From Mobula hypostoma (lineage: Eukaryota): a stretch of DNA of 64,000 nucleotides. Position numbers and translations under genes: made by a program. The notes below the pieces were generated by a model. It worked only from the letters and a program-made list of their open reading frames with translations, did not search any database and was not told where the DNA came from. The stretch spans positions 233,432,001-233,496,000 of the forward strand of contig NC_086097.1 in the NCBI RefSeq assembly GCF_963921235.1, written 5' to 3'. Shown one piece after another: positions 34,935 through 48,627 of this stretch (within the stretch, counting starts at the first letter, position 1; every line of letters begins with the position of its first letter).

Positions 34935-36055
34935 TCAGAAACAGAATCAGAATCACTTTTCATATCACCTGCATATGTGGTGAAATTTGTTAACTTAGCG
35001 GCAGCAGTAGAATGCAATTCATGATAATAGAGAAAAAAAAGCCAATTACTGTAAGTATATAGATGTATATTAAATCGTTAAATTAAAAATAGTGCAAAAA
35101 CAGAAATAATAGAAAAGTGAGATAGTGTTCATAGGTTCAATGTACATTTAGAAATCAGATGGCAGAAGGGAAGAAATTGTTTCTGAATATCTGAGTGTGT
35201 GCCTTCAGACTTCTGTACCTCCTTACTGATGGTAACAATGAGAAGAGGGCATGACCTGGGTGATGGGGGTCTGTAATAATGGACACCACCTTTCTGAGGC
35301 ACTGCTCTTTAAAGATGTCTTGAATGCTATGGAGGCCAGTATCCATGGTGGGGCAGACTAATTTTACAACTTTCTGTAGCTTCTTTCAATCTTGCGCAGT
35401 AGCTGCCCCCCTCCCAAATACCAAGCAGTGATGCAGCCTGTCAGAATGCTCTCCACGGTACACCTGTAGAAGTTTTCAATTGTTTTAGGTGACAAGCCAA
35501 ATCTCCTCAAACTCCTAATGAAATATAGCCATAGTCTTGCCTTTTTTATAGCTGCATCAATATGTTGGGACCAGGTTAGATCCTCAGAGATATTGACACC
35601 CAGGAATTTGAAATTGCTCTCTTCTCCACTTCTGGTTCCTCTGTGAGGATTGGATTGTGCTCCCTCATCTTTCCCTTTCTGAAGTTCATTATCAATACTT
35701 TGGTCTTACTGACGTTCAGTGCAAGGTTGTTGCTGTGCCACCACTCAATTAGCTGGTGTAGCTCACTCTTGTACGGCCTCTCATCTCCATCTGAGATTCT
35801 CCCAATAATGCTTGTATCATCACAAAATTTATCAATGGCATTTGAGCTATGCCTAGCCACACGGACATGGTTGCAGAGAGAGTAGAGCAGTAGGCTAAGC
35901 ACACATCCCTGTGGTGCTCCAGTTTTGATTGTCTGCGAGGAGAAGATGTTATTACGAATCTGCACAGATTGGTCTTCCAATTAGTAAGTCGAGGATCCAG
36001 TTGCAGAGGGAGGTACAGAGGCTCAGGTTCTGTAACTTTTCAATCTAGATTTTAG
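34935..36055 (-). mobile_element. Rex1/Babar LINE RT to 3' end
   Basis: TGAPQGCVLSLLLYSL, KFCDDT, LALNVSKTK; HPGHALFSLLPSVRRYRSLK; (AGAATC)n tail on +. Confidence 0.9.
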
Positions 36056-36545
36056 GAACCACTCCTTCTGGCATCAACAATCATTCCAAGGTCACCTAGA
36101 TCACATTTCTGAACAACAGCAAAACTTCTTGATCATGTCTGAATGCCTTTATCAATTGAATTGCTGTCACATGATTGGCTGATTAGATTTTGGCATCAAT
36201 GAACAGGTGTACAGTTATATCTTATAAAATGGCCACTGCGTGTATATTTGACACCTTATCTGATGTATGTTATAGCAGATATCTTTCAGTGAATTGATGC
36301 ATAGTGAACAAGCCAATAGGTACTCTGCTTGACATATTAACTTTCAAGTGTAAATTAAGTAGTTTTTGCCACATGTTATAAAAATGTTTAACACAACTTG
36401 TGAGTTACAAATAATAGACAATAGGTGCAGGAGTAGGCCATTTGGCCCTTTGAGCCAGCACCGCCATTCACTGTGATCATGGCTGATCATCCACAATCAG
36501 TTCCCTGTTCCTGCCTTCTCCCCATAACCCTTGACTCCGCTATCT

Positions 36546-37160
36546 TAGATTAGATTAGATTATGAGGACATGCAGTCCTCTTTTATTGTCATTTAGTATT
36601 CATTAAGAAATGATACAATATTCTGTGATATCACAGAAACACAGGACAGACCAAGACTGAAAAACCTAACAAAAAACACATAATTATAGCATATAGTTAC
36701 AACAGTGCAACAATACCATAACTTGATGAAGAACAGTCCATGGCACAGTAAAAAAGTTCAAAGTCTCTCAAAAGTCCCACATCTCACACAGATGGGAGAA
36801 GGAAGAAAACTCTCCCTGCCATGCCCGACCACAGTCTGACTCTGAGTCGTCCGAAAACTTCGAGCTCCGATCAGCCCTCCGACACTGAGTACCGAGCACC
36901 ATCTCTGCCGAACGCTTTGACCTCAGCCTCGATCGCCAGCAACAGGCAAAGCCGGGGATTTTGGGGCCTTCCCTCCGGAGATTCTCGATCGCACAGTAGC
37001 AGCGGCAGTGAACCGGGCATTTCAGAAATTTCTCCAGATGTTCCTCTGCTTCTCACGTCTGTCTCCATCAAATCAGAATTGTGCACGGCATCCTACTTAC
37101 AAATATGATATCATTTCACCGGAGAACTGCGCGCGCTGCGTCGCACCACCATCTTCTCCT
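36546..37160 (-). mobile_element. Non-autonomous CpG-rich retroelement with (AATCT)n tail (second copy 59341-59960 +)
   Basis: Two collinear copies; GC-rich 5' part, aataaaagaggactgc and microsatellite tail. Confidence 0.7.
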
Positions 37161-37385
37161 CCCACCTTTCAAATCTCTTACTAGCTGCTCCCAATTTCAA
37201 ATCTCTTATCAGCCCCTCCCACTTTCAAATCTCTTACTAGCTCTTCTTTCAGTTAGTCCTGACAAAGGGCCTTGGCACAAAACGTCAACTGTACCTCTTC
37301 CTATAGACGCTGACTGGCCTGCTGCGTTCACCAGCAACTTTTATGTGTGTTGCTTGAAATTCCAGCATCTGCAGATTTCCTCGTC
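37160..37385 (+). mobile_element. Penelope-derived terminal fragment with degenerate hammerhead core
   Basis: cagttagtcctgacaaagggccttggcacaaaacgtcaactgtacc...catctgcagatttcctcgt. Confidence 0.8.
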
Positions 37386-37833
37386 TCTGGGTGAAGAAGT
37401 TTTTCCTCAACTCCATTCTAAATGGCCTACCCCTTATTCTTAAACTGTGGCCTCTGGTTCTGGACTCCCCCAACATTGGGAACATGTTTCCTGCCTCTAG
37501 CGTGTCCAATCCCTTAATAATCTTATATGTTTCAATCAGATCCCCTCTCATCCTTTTAAATTCCAGTGTGTACAAGCCCAGTCGCTCCAATCTTTCAACA
37601 TATGACAGTCCCGCCATCCCGGGAATTAACCTCATGAACCTATGCTGCACTCTCTCAATAGCAAAAATGTCCTTCCTCAAATTTGGAGACCAAAACTGCA
37701 CACAATACTCCAAGTGTGGTCTCATCAGGGCCCTGTATAACTGCAGAAGGACCTCTTTGCTCCTATACTCAACTCCCCTTGTTATGAAGGCCAACATGCC
37801 ATTAGCTTTCTTCAGGCAGCTATTCTTCTAGAA

Positions 37834-37913
37834 TAGGGGCTCCCAACTGTTTTTATATCTTGCACCCCTACCATGAACTGAAGGGTCTCAGGACCCCAGG
37901 TTGGTAACCACTG
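37834..37913. mobile_element. hAT MITE, degraded copy
   Basis: taggggctcccaac...ggttggtaaccactg, same family as 30820. Confidence 0.6.
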
Positions 37914-38502
37914 ATATTCTAGTGGAAGATGGAGAACAAGACAGTGTAGCCTTTAAAACGAGCCTTCACCCCATGAGGTTGTGCTGAACTATTAAGGTTG
38001 TAATTAAATGCCTAAGTAAACCAATCTCTTCTGCTTAATCTGTGTTCATATCCTTTGTGATTTTCAGACTATATATATAAAGCAACTTAACTTTCAGTCG
38101 TACTATTGGGTCAGGGACCCAGAAACGGACCTAATGAGAAACATCGAAGGTGTTTGTATCAGCCTGAGCGAGTGTGGTGAAGAGCAATTAAACACAGTTG
38201 ATTTATCTGAAGAAGGACAGGAGTAGAAAAGGAATTATTGACCTTTGGAAATTTTCACTAATTGTATTTATTTCTGGGCAATTAAAATAGCTGGAAAAAT
38301 TTTTGCTTGTTCTTTTGTGTCTAAGGATAAAGAATACTCAAAGGCATGATTTTAAAGTTCTGAACTTCTTTGAATTTATCAAAGTACCTTAAAAGTAATT
38401 TTCAGTTGTTTAAAGTCTAGTTTCTCATGGCAGGAAACTAACACTGTGAAAAAAGACATTTAGTTTTGCTAATTTAAATCCTTTAAATCAAAATGAAACA
38501 GG

Positions 38503-38862
38503 GTGGAGATACATCTCCAACTAAGGAGGTGTTAGACACTCCTTCCCTCTGCTGGCCTTCAGGTCACCTTGTGTAAGGTGTAGCACCTACTTACATCCTG
38601 ATCAAGGTCACGTGAAGCCTTGGGAGCAGGTGCTGGATGGTCGCATGAGCAGCTGGCACAGATCCTGGTTATGTGACCACTCACTGAAACCAGGCAATCT
38701 GTGAAGAGTATTGATAATGGCTGGGGTCACCCATCTTGTAAGGACACTGCCCAGAAGAAGGCAATGGTGAACCACTTCAGTAGAAAAACTTGTCAAGGTC
38801 AATCATGGTTGTGGAAAGACCATGATCACCTACGTCAGATGACACGGCACATACGAATGAAC
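38503..38862 (+). mobile_element. RTE-related SINE copy
   Basis: Collinear with 12681-13005; tail acgaatgaac. Confidence 0.7.
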
Positions 38863-38989
38863 AAACCATTTCCAAATATTTCAAGCAACTTTTTTTTTAG
38901 CAATTTTAATAGCTTCAAAGCACTTACCAAAACTCAGTAACTTAGATATTGCTGCAGTCTGAGTTCCTACACAACAGAGGTGACTGGAT

Positions 38990-39400
38990 CGTACCCCATC
39001 TGTTACTTATTTTTATGCACACATTCTTTCTCTCACTCTCCTTTTTCTCCCTCTGTCCCTCTGAATATACCTCTTGCCCATCCTCTGGGTCCCCCCCCCC
39101 TTGTCTTTCTTCCCGGACCTCCTGTCCCATGATCCTCTCATATCCCCTTTTGCCTATCACCTGTCCAGCTCTTGGCTCTATCCCTCCCCCTCCTGTCTTC
39201 TCCTATCATTTTGGATCTCCCCCTCCCCGTCCAACTTTCAAATCCCTTACTCACTCTTCCTTCAGTTAGTCCTAACGAAGGGTCTCAGCCTGAAACGTCG
39301 ACTGCACCTCTTCCTACAGATGCTGCCTGGCCTGCTGCGTTCACCAGCAACTTTGATGTGTGTTGCTTGAATTTCCAGCATCTGCAGAATTCCTGTTGTT
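38990..39400 (+). mobile_element. Penelope-like 3'UTR and terminus
   Basis: Pyrimidine-rich UTR then agtcctaacgaagggtctcagcctgaaacgtcgactg...gcagaattcctgttgttt. Confidence 0.82.
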
Positions 39401-40359
39401 TCCTAGTGCTCACATGTGGCTTAGCTACTAAACCTGGCAGATCTGTTTCTACTGATGGGAGAAGAGACAAAGGGAGGTTACCAGAGCCCTAAAACTAGTC
39501 GCTTCGGGCAGATGCGGTCCATTCGCCCATGATTGGCTGCTCATTTAGGAGAAGGAAATCTCTGATTTCAAACCTCTGTTGACATGCGGCTATACCCACT
39601 CATGAAGAAGGTTTCGGGAGTAAACTCTGAGAAAGAATCTGGGGCTGGAGTCCCTAAGACAGCCCTAAGCTGATTTCAAGTCTGACTGGCAACTCCTGCG
39701 ATGCTGCTGGTGCCAAACTGTATCGGTCTCTGCCGTTCCTTTGGAATCATCAGCTGCATGGAGCGGAGGAACCTGCTGCACGGGCCAACAGCTTTCTCTC
39801 ATTATAGTATTGCACTGGCTTGTGTATCTAGCTCGCATGTTGAATTCAGCAGTGAGGACACAACATTCCTGGTCTACCCAAACCAACAGAGGCCAAGAAG
39901 AAGAAGATGTTAGCTTCATTGACAAGGACAATACTTAATGTTCAACTGTCATTGCCCAGCAGAGTAGCAAAACCAAACTGCCTTATTTCACCAGTTAAAT
40001 CCTTCCATCATTATGGATTGACGGTACAGCCTATTTAGACCTGCTTAGTGCTGGCTAACATTGGGAGTCTACAGACATATATTAGTAGGACCAATTATGT
40101 CAGATTTCCTTTCCAAAATGAGATCTGTAAAGCAGATGGATTTTTTATGACCATCTGATTCTTCCATGATTATCTTCCACTATTTTTCTTCAAGATTATA
40201 TTTAAGACTTTGAATGCAAATATCTGTGGGCTTTTATTTTAAGTCTCACTGGAGCAGAATAGGATTGCTGTTTTAAAGTATCCCCTTTGTACTTTGCATT
40301 ATCTATTGATTCAAATTTTACAAAGGATTTAATCTGCAGCCGATTAAATATCAGGAATC

Positions 40360-40895
40360 TTTTTATATATAAAAATGAATGTTATTCATTATAAAAAATT
40401 ACAAGAATAAACCATGCAATGCCTTTTCATTCTTAAAATTCATAGTCATGCTTTAATTAGTGTTCTTTTACATTCCTTAACCAATAGGATTGTTGCCACT
40501 CATGTTGTCCCCAGGGATGATACTTCTACACTAATTGAGGGGCTTCCTCACCCATCCTGACCCCTCCCTGTCCTGTAGCAGAAGGACCCTATACTATGGT
40601 CCTTCCCCACCAAGCCCTTGTGCTGGGTGCACCGAGCTTCATTGCCTCCTTCAGCACATTCTACTGTAGTCTGCAATGTGCCAGTCGGCAGGTTTCCTCT
40701 TTGGGCCTCACGACATGCCGGCAGACAAGCAAATTTCAGACAGATCAAAGGTCATCTTTCACCCAAATGATTATCTTGCCGGCAGCACTTGGTTTCCCTT
40801 GGAACAGCCTGTAGATCAGAGACTCATCTATATGCAGCTGCCCAGAATGGGTCCTTGCATCTTACTCCAGACCGTCTTTGAGATCCCACAGTCGT
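40360..40895 (-). mobile_element. Tx1/L1-clade LINE ORF2 C-terminus and 3'UTR
   Basis: Minus-strand translation ...ETCRLAHCRLQ*NVLKEAMKLGAPSTRAWWGRTIV*, resembling Tx1-type C-termini; A-rich tail near 40360-40400. Confidence 0.7.
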
Positions 40896-41468
40896 GAAAG
40901 AGGTGAGCAATCATCCTTAAAATATCAAGAATTCATGATATTGATGGGAATAATACTTACGCCATTGAAGGAAACAATGGTAAAAATGCTTTCATCATCA
41001 GATCCATGTGCACCATTATTTCACTGGTGTTGAGTCATTATTTCTTACTCATTATGTACTCAAAGAGTTTATGAATATATGGCCTAATTTTGATTCCAAT
41101 AACTTGTGTGAAAGATCACACAGTACATATGTGTCCAGCTAATATGACCTTGTTTATTAATATTCAGCCTGGGAGGGTTAGACCCAATTACTGAGAGTAT
41201 ACTTGCTAATAATATTTTGCCTAATTATGTGGGGGAGAAAAATTATCCTTTTAACGCTGTATCGGCTAATGTTTAATGAAATTGATCTCTATGCTTTTAT
41301 GCCTAGAATTATATTTACTCAATAATGCAAATCTCTTCATTAGGCCAACAAGGGACATTAAGTAGAAATGGCTTAGTGGAGATACAATGCCCCCAATTAA
41401 GCTGAATGGAAAAACTGACGAGGGATTAAATGCCTTATAGTAACTCCTGCATTTTCCCTTAGATAATC

Positions 41469-41534
41469 CAGTACTTCACAAAAGTCTTAGGCATCCCGGC
41501 TGTATGTATGTACCAAAGAGTTTTGCCAGTACTG
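41469..41534. mobile_element. Tiny Tc1-type palindromic MITE (other copies ~46806-47773 split, ~47934-47990, 54377-54443, 55051-55113, ~62425-62490)
   Basis: Family consensus cagtactgtgcaaaagtcttaggcac...gtgcctaagacttttgcacagtactg. Confidence 0.75.
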
Positions 41535-41774
41535 TATGTCCATACTTCCTTGCTGCAGTACAAAATTCATGTTGAATGTCCTCATCACAAAGCTACCTTC
41601 TAGTTTATTCAACATTAAGTGTTTCTTCAGATTGTGATTTTTCATAAATAAAGCAGAACAGCTTCACTCTTGTATGAATTTTGCATTTTCTCAATCTTAA
41701 TCAGTAAATAATAATGCGCTAAATTGTATTTCAAAATTCTATCTGTAAGTCTGAATGTGGCTTTACCATAAAAA

Positions 41775-42010
41775 TGCAGAGATGAGGAGGAATTTCTTCA
41801 GCCACTGGTTGATGAATCCGTGTAATTCATTGCCACAGACATCTGCGGAGGGCAAGCCATTGGATATACTTCAAGAAAAGGTTGATAGGTTCTTGATTCC
41901 TCAGAGTGTCAAAGGTTACAGATAGGAGAATAAGTTTGAGAGGGAAAATAAATCAGCCATGATCAAATAGCCTAATGTTCTAATTCTGCTTCTATGCCTT
42001 ATGATCTTAA
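41775..42010 (+). mobile_element. CR1 3' fragment
   Basis: gagatgaggaggaatttcttcagcc...ctaattctgcttctatgccttatgatctta. Confidence 0.8.
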
Positions 42011-42089
42011 AACAGTAAAAACTAATAGTTGCTGAACCATCAGGTAATCTCAGTACTAGAGTAACAGAATGCCAACAGTTGACTGAATT

Positions 42090-42630
42090 TCTCATCGATC
42101 ATGCCAATTAAAGTGCCGGGAAGTTTGAAATCATAAAAGCAAGTGCAGAAGGCGAGTGGGTGTTCAGCGCCGTCTGAAAGCTTCTCGCTCGCTTCTGCCG
42201 GAGGAAGTTCCCTACTTTCGGATGGTCTCTCTCTCCCTCGATGCTGTTGGAAGATGGTGCCAGAGTTCTGCGTCTTGGGCAAGTTTTAATTGTGGATTCA
42301 ACTCTGTATTTCATGTTACAATGTGTTTTCTGGTTTCCGGTCGCACCTTTTTTTTTGTTGCTAATTTTGAGCGATTGTGAATTGGCGCAGCCTGCAGATA
42401 ATGAACACTGAGCTGAACTGAATATCCCTGGACTCTTTCGATTCTGTGTTTTATACTTTGTGTATTTTGTTTGATTTTTTTTGTTGCCGTTTGCAAGGGG
42501 TGTAGTTTGATGTTTCTTCTTTGAACGGGTTCCATAGTTTTCTGTGTTTCGTGGCTATCTGCGGGAAAATGAATCCCAGGGTTGTATGCTGCATACTTTG
42601 ATAATTAATGTATTTTGGATCTTTGAGTCC
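42090..42630 (+). mobile_element. Non-autonomous retroelement with Rex1-like 3' end
   Basis: CpG-rich body followed by gaatcccagggttgtatgctgcatactttgataat, like the Rex1 tails in the window. Confidence 0.55.
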
Positions 42631-43304
42631 TGTGAAAGTCAATTTCATGAAGCATTTAGAATTTTCACGATCTCTGATTTCTATGTCTAAATGAATGGTT
42701 TTAATTTGTAGCAGTGAGTTTTGTCCTTGGCATGCGAACCAAATGAGAGCAATCAGTTAGATTCAGCTTGCTCAAATGTATTTGATTAAAATATCTGGTG
42801 CATGGTAGTGGGTCAGGGAATCACATGTCCAGTTATTCAGGCTCATTATTTATAAAATAAAAGTCGTTGTGCTTTATCCTTTAATCACAGAGGTAAGGGC
42901 ATAAAATCCACAATGATTTTAGACAATTGTAAAATGTAGCAGAAAGGTCAAGAATAAAAATTTGTGAATTTACTCTGAATGATGATCTTAAGCAGAAACC
43001 TTACAATCTTTATTTAATCAGGAATAGTAAGTTTCCTGATCTTCTTAACATTAATCAGGAATGGGACACTTATTGACTTCCCAGTTAAAATTATTCCAAA
43101 TTAGCAAAGTTATTCCCTTTGATTTCTATGGTAACCAGGATTCCTAAACTTCCTCTCTAATTTAAACCCCACTGAGCTTTCTTTTTATGCTACTCAGGTG
43201 TGGGAAAATGGTTGACCTTCCTCTTAATGATAAGTAGGAGCAGAAATTCCCAGTTTTCAGTAAAAGTGGATACCCAGCTGGTCAGGCAGCATCTCCGAAA
43301 CAGA

Positions 43305-43650
43305 AGTCTCAGATGGCAATGAGGAGGTGAACAGGAGCAACATCGATTGGTTGGTTGAGTGGTGTTGCAACCTTGCACTAAGATCAGCAAAACCAAGGAA
43401 TAGATTGTGTAGTTCAGGGAGGAGAAGAACGCACATCAATCTTCATTGAGGAGTCAGAAGTAGTTAGAAGTTTTTAAATTCCTGGGGGTCATCATCTCAG
43501 AGGGCCAATATATTGATGCAATCACGTGAAGGCACACCAGCGGCTATTCTTCAGTAGGAATTTAAGATGGTTTGCTATTTCACTAAAGATCCTAGTAAAT
43601 TTCTACATTTGTATCATGGAAAGCATTCTGACTGGTTGAATCACAATCTG
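43305..43650 (+). mobile_element. Rex1/Babar RT fragment
   Basis: ISDGNEE...LVEWC...ISKTKE...FKFLGVIISE-like degraded coding. Confidence 0.7.
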
Positions 43651-43789
43651 GCATATGTCACTATACATTTTCATATACAGTACAACCCTAAGATTCATTT
43701 TCTGGCAGGCATTCACAGTAGAACAAAGAAAGACAATAGAATAATTGAACAGCTACTGACAAACAACCAATGTGCAAATACAACTATAA

Positions 43790-44165
43790 GTCCATAAAAT
43801 ATGGGAGTAGAATTAGGCCATTTGGCCCATCGAGTCTGCTCTGCCATTTCATCATGGCTAATCCAATTTTTCTCTCAGCCCCAGTCTCTGGCCTTCTCCC
43901 CATATCCCTTCATCCCCTGAGCAATCACGAACCCATTGACCTCTACCTTAAATATACACAGCTGTCTGTGGCAACAAACTCCACAGATTCACCACTCTCT
44001 CACTAAGGAACTTCCTCATCATCTCCATTCTAAAAAGATCAAAGGCTGTATCCTCTGGTCTTAGGCTCTCCCACCTTTGGAAAGGTCCTCTCCACATCCA
44101 CTCTATCAAGGTCTTTCACCATTTGATAGGTTTCAGTTAGGTCATTCCTCATCCTTCTGAATTAT
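43790..44165 (-). mobile_element. CR1 3' fragment
   Basis: ccataaaatatgggagtagaattaggcc...cagattcaccactctc...tttgataggtttca. Confidence 0.8.
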
Positions 44166-46139
44166 AGTGAATTCTTCAGAAATATAAAATAACAAACAAA
44201 TAAACAAAAAAAAAACAGATAAATAAGTAATGCTAAGAACATAAGTTGTAGAGTCCCTGAAGTGAGTCCGTAGGTTGTGGAATCGGTTCAGTGTTGAGGT
44301 GAGTGGAGTTATATACACTGATTCAGGAGCCTGATGCTGAAAGATTATACCTGTTCCTGAACGTGGCTTATAGTACCAGCTCTATAAGCTGTGCCATTGT
44401 GCTACCTTAGCTCCATGAGCCATTTTAAATGTAATTTTAATGCTTCTTCTGCTCTCTTAGTTGCCCTGCACCAATGTGTAATTTAGTAATGAGCACCTAC
44501 TGTTCTTAAATCCATCTCAAAGAAAATTAAAATTGGAAGAGGAGAACAATGCTGCTTTTGTATTAGAAATCTAACATAAATGTCAAGGGAATATTCTACC
44601 CACAACAGGATTATTCATCACTTCAGCCAGTTCCAAACATCATACATAAATTCACAGATGGTAGATCTTGTAAATTACAGCATCAACAAAGCAGTACACC
44701 TCACTAGGCTGGCTTTTTAATTGAAACTATCAGCAAAATGCCACTCGTCTGTCTTCTAACATTTTCAAAATAATGTCAACAGGCAATCATGCTTTTAATA
44801 ACTCTGCGTACAAATGTTTCTTCTGATTTCTCAAAGTGAACATTCTGAGACCTTGTCCTCTTGTTAACAAGTCACTGGAAATAAACACAATCAATATTTT
44901 AATATCTGTTAGGTCATCATAACCTTTACCGTTCTGTGAAAAACAGGTCTACATTCTTAGGTCTTCCTTTAAATTTTATTTCTGGTGAAATATAGCACAA
45001 AGAATATTAGTACTATAATTGGGGAGACTGACGTTTATGTAGTATTCTGAACATTGAGGCAGAGAAAGGCATTGGTATGCACAAAATCCTTTGAAGATTT
45101 CATATATTATATAGATAAAGATAAAGATTTACTTCATTTGTCAATGTACCTTGAAATATTTAAGCAGACATTGTTTTGTGTCAACAAACAACACAGTCCG
45201 AGGATGTGCCGGGGGCAATCCGCATATATATTGCCATGCTTCCAAAGTCAACATAGCCTACCCACAACTTGGAATGTGGGAGGAAACCAGAGCATCTGGG
45301 GGAAACCCACATGGGTGGTGGGGCAGCGATCAGAGTTCCCTTCCTGCTGTCTGTCTGTAGGGAGTTGATACAGTCTCCCTGTGAAGGGTTTAGGCCTGAA
45401 ACATTGACTGTTTCTTCCTCTCCATAGATGCTTCCTGATTTGGCTGAGCTCTTCCAGCATTTTGAAAGTGTTGCTTAAAGATTTACAGCATCTGCGGAAT
45501 CTCTTGCTTTTAAGTCGTGGTGGGGGGCAATGTCGCTACCCTCACAAGAAAGGACAGGAACTTCAATGTCAAAGTCAAAGAAAAAGCAAGCCTGAGTAAA
45601 TTTATTATCAAAGTACAAATGGATTACTGCATATTGCCCAGACGTTTATTTTCTTGCAGGCATTTATAGGGAAAAATTTATTAGTATTTATTAAAAACTA
45701 TACATATACAATAACCGAAAAACAACCAACGTGCAAATTAAGACAAACTTGCAGATGCTGCTTTGCCTACTGAGTTCCTTCAGTAGTTTGTTTTTACATG
45801 AAGTATTTGATTGGAGCTGCCTGAGATGACACCAAGTTAAGAAGACTTCAGACTGGGTATGTGGGAGCCAGTAATCATATGGGGGTTCGGTGGCCTTTCA
45901 TCTAGCCTGTTTAATGCTCTGCTTCTGTACAGGGGTTTGATGGTTTCAGGAGCAGTGACGCGTGTTTTCTTCTCCTCTGCAGGGTGGTTTTTCAGCATGG
46001 CCTGGATCTCCATTAAGCAGTTTGCATGAGACACAATAAAAGAAATGAACAGGAAGAGCATGAGTGCTAGTGATTGGATGGTATTAACAGGAGGACTTTT
46101 GCCCAGCAGACATTGAACATTTTATGTACTTGTTTAGAT

Positions 46140-46221
46140 CAGGGGTTCCCAGTTTTCTTTTAATGCCATGGACCCCCACCATTAACTGAGGACTCCATGG
46201 ACCCCAGGTTGGGAACCCCTA
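46140..46221. mobile_element. hAT MITE copy
   Basis: caggggttccca...ggttgggaaccccta; imperfect 8-bp TSD gtttagat/atttagag. Confidence 0.75.
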
Positions 46222-46841
46222 ATTTAGAGATATAGCATGGTTATAGAACATAAAACAGAATGACACAGTACAGGCCTTTCATCTCTTCTTACCTCTTCCC
46301 TCCTACATTGCCCTCCATTTTTTTTCTTTTACCCATGTGCCTATCAAAGTCTCTTAAACGTGCCTCATGTATTTGCCTCTAGCACCACCCCTGAATGCAC
46401 GTTCCACACACTCAACACACTCTGTGTGAAAAACCTACCTCTAACACTCCTCAACACTTTCACCAAGCAGCTTAAAGTTATGCCCTTAACACCTTAAATA
46501 TGCAGATACACATAGAGAACCTACACTGCTATAAAGAAAAGAGGCGGGTTAAATGTTCTACAGACACTTATCTACTTTATATATGGATGATAGAACATAA
46601 AACACTACAGCACAGTACCGACCCTTCGGCCCCTAAATGTTGTGCCAAACCTTTAACCTACCCCAAGATCAATCTAACCCTTCACTTCCACATAGTCCTC
46701 CGTTTTTATTCATCTGCTTATCTAAGAGTCTCTTAAATGTATGCAGATACACAACAGAGCATTCTATGAAGAAATGAGCCAGGCTAAAGGCCCAGTGTAT
46801 ATTTAAAGTACTGTACCAAAGTCTTAGAAATATAGAAATAG

Positions 46842-47727
46842 AGGATGCTAAGAGGATGCAGGGTGACTTGGATAGGTTGGGTGAGTGGGCAAACTCATGG
46901 CAGATGCAATTTAATGTGGATAAATGTGAAGTTATCCACTTTGGTGGCAAAAATAGGAAAACAGATTATTATCTGAATGGTGGCCGATTAGGAAAAGGGG
47001 AGGTGCAACGAGACCTGGGTGTCATTATACACCAGTCATTGAAAGTGGGCATGCAGGTACAGCAGGCGGTGAAAAAGGCGAACGGTATGCTGGCATTTAT
47101 AGCGAGAGGATTCGAGTACAGGAGCAGGGAGGTACTACTGCAGTTGTACAAGGCCTTGGTGAGACCACACCTGGAGTATTGTGTGCAGTTTTGGTCCCCT
47201 AATCTGAGGAAAGACATCTTTGCCATAGAGGGAGTACAAAGAAGGTTCACCAGATTGATTCCTGGGATGGCAGGTCTTTCATATGAAGAAAGACTGGATG
47301 AACTGGGCTTGTACTCGTTGGAATTTAGAAGATTGAGGGGGGATCTGATTGAAACGTATAAGATCCTAAAGGGATTGGACAGGCTAGATGCGGGAAGATT
47401 GTTCCCGATGTTGGGGAGGTCTAGAACGAGGGGTCACAGTTTGAGGATAGAGGGGAAGCCTTTTAGGACCGAGGTTAGGAAAAACTTCTTCACACAGAGA
47501 GTGGTGAATCTGTGGAATTCTCTGCCACAGCAAACTGTTGAGGCCAGTTCATTAGCTATGTTTAAAAGGAAGTTAGATATGGCCCTTGTGGCTACAGGGG
47601 TCAGGGGGTATGGAGGGAAGGCTGGGTTCTGAGTTGGATGATCAGCCATGATCATAATAAATGGCGGTGCAGGCTCGAAGGGCCGAATGGCCTACTCCTG
47701 CACCTATTTTCTATGTTTCTATGTTTC
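46842..47727 (+). mobile_element. Young 5'-truncated CR1 (uninterrupted ORF2 C-terminus)
   Basis: ORF 46856-47632, 258 aa QGDLDRLGEWANSWQMQFN...VVNLWNSLP; (TTTCTATG)n tail. Confidence 0.95.
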
Positions 47728-48627
47728 TATATACATAAGTAGCTAGGGTGCCTAAGACTTGCGCACAGTACGGTAAGCTGTCTTTATTATTAGTTCCTGC
47801 ATGAGTTAATTTTGAGTTGATTTGAAGCACACTGTGGAAGACATCCACCCCCATCCTCTCTTTATTTGCCCTTAAGACAGCAATATCTGTGGTTCTTAAG
47901 TTTTTGTTAGTATTAGTAAACATCTAGTAGATACAGTATGGTGCAAAAGTTTCAGGCACCGGAGCTATATATATATATGTGTCTAAAACATTAACACACA
48001 CACACATATATATATATATAAGTAATTTATATATCTGAGAAAAGTTAGGGTAGTGATTTTAAGAGGGATAGCTACTGCAATAGGATTGATGACTGTCAGG
48101 GTGAATTGGGAGAACATGAACTTCTTCCGTGGAGCAGAACCACCAGCCAAGCAAGGAGACAGTGCAATTTATGCTCAACATCCAGGTTTGGAATTTCATC
48201 CAAGTGACAACTGTGATCAGATAGCTTTTTGAATAATAGTTATGATGTCACAAGCCGTGGTAAAAAAAAGAAGTATAAAATGCAGGCTTCAAGTTTTCTT
48301 TCACTGCTGGTGTCTTTTTCCCAGGGCAGCTCTGGTTTGTAATTAAGGTGAGCGGAGGAAAGTTTTTCCGAATGGCAGGGTGGAGATATGTCTCTACCAA
48401 AGGAGGTGTAAGGTGATCCTTTCCTCTGCCAGCCTGCCTTGTACAAGGTATAACATCTGCTTTGGACCCCCAGTCAGGGTCACATGAAGCCATGGGAGCA
48501 GGTGGTTTAAGTTTGCACACTAATCTGCAATGCCAAAGAACACGGAGGAGTACAATAACAATTGATGTACAAGATTTAGAGATCTTTTGTGTATAAACAA
48601 TTGCACAGTTCTGGACACTACTATAGT

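Larger units (their letters stand above)
34278..36242 (-). mobile_element. Tc1-type non-autonomous element interrupted by CR1 and Rex1 insertions
   Basis: Pieces 34278-34436, 34751-34935 and 36056-36242 are collinear with 30548-31175. Confidence 0.75.
36412..37812 (-). mobile_element. CR1 3' fragment split by two insertions
   Basis: ORF2 C-terminus at 37385-37812 (MLAFITRGVEYRSKEVLLQLY...) and UTR/tail at 36412-36545. Confidence 0.85.
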
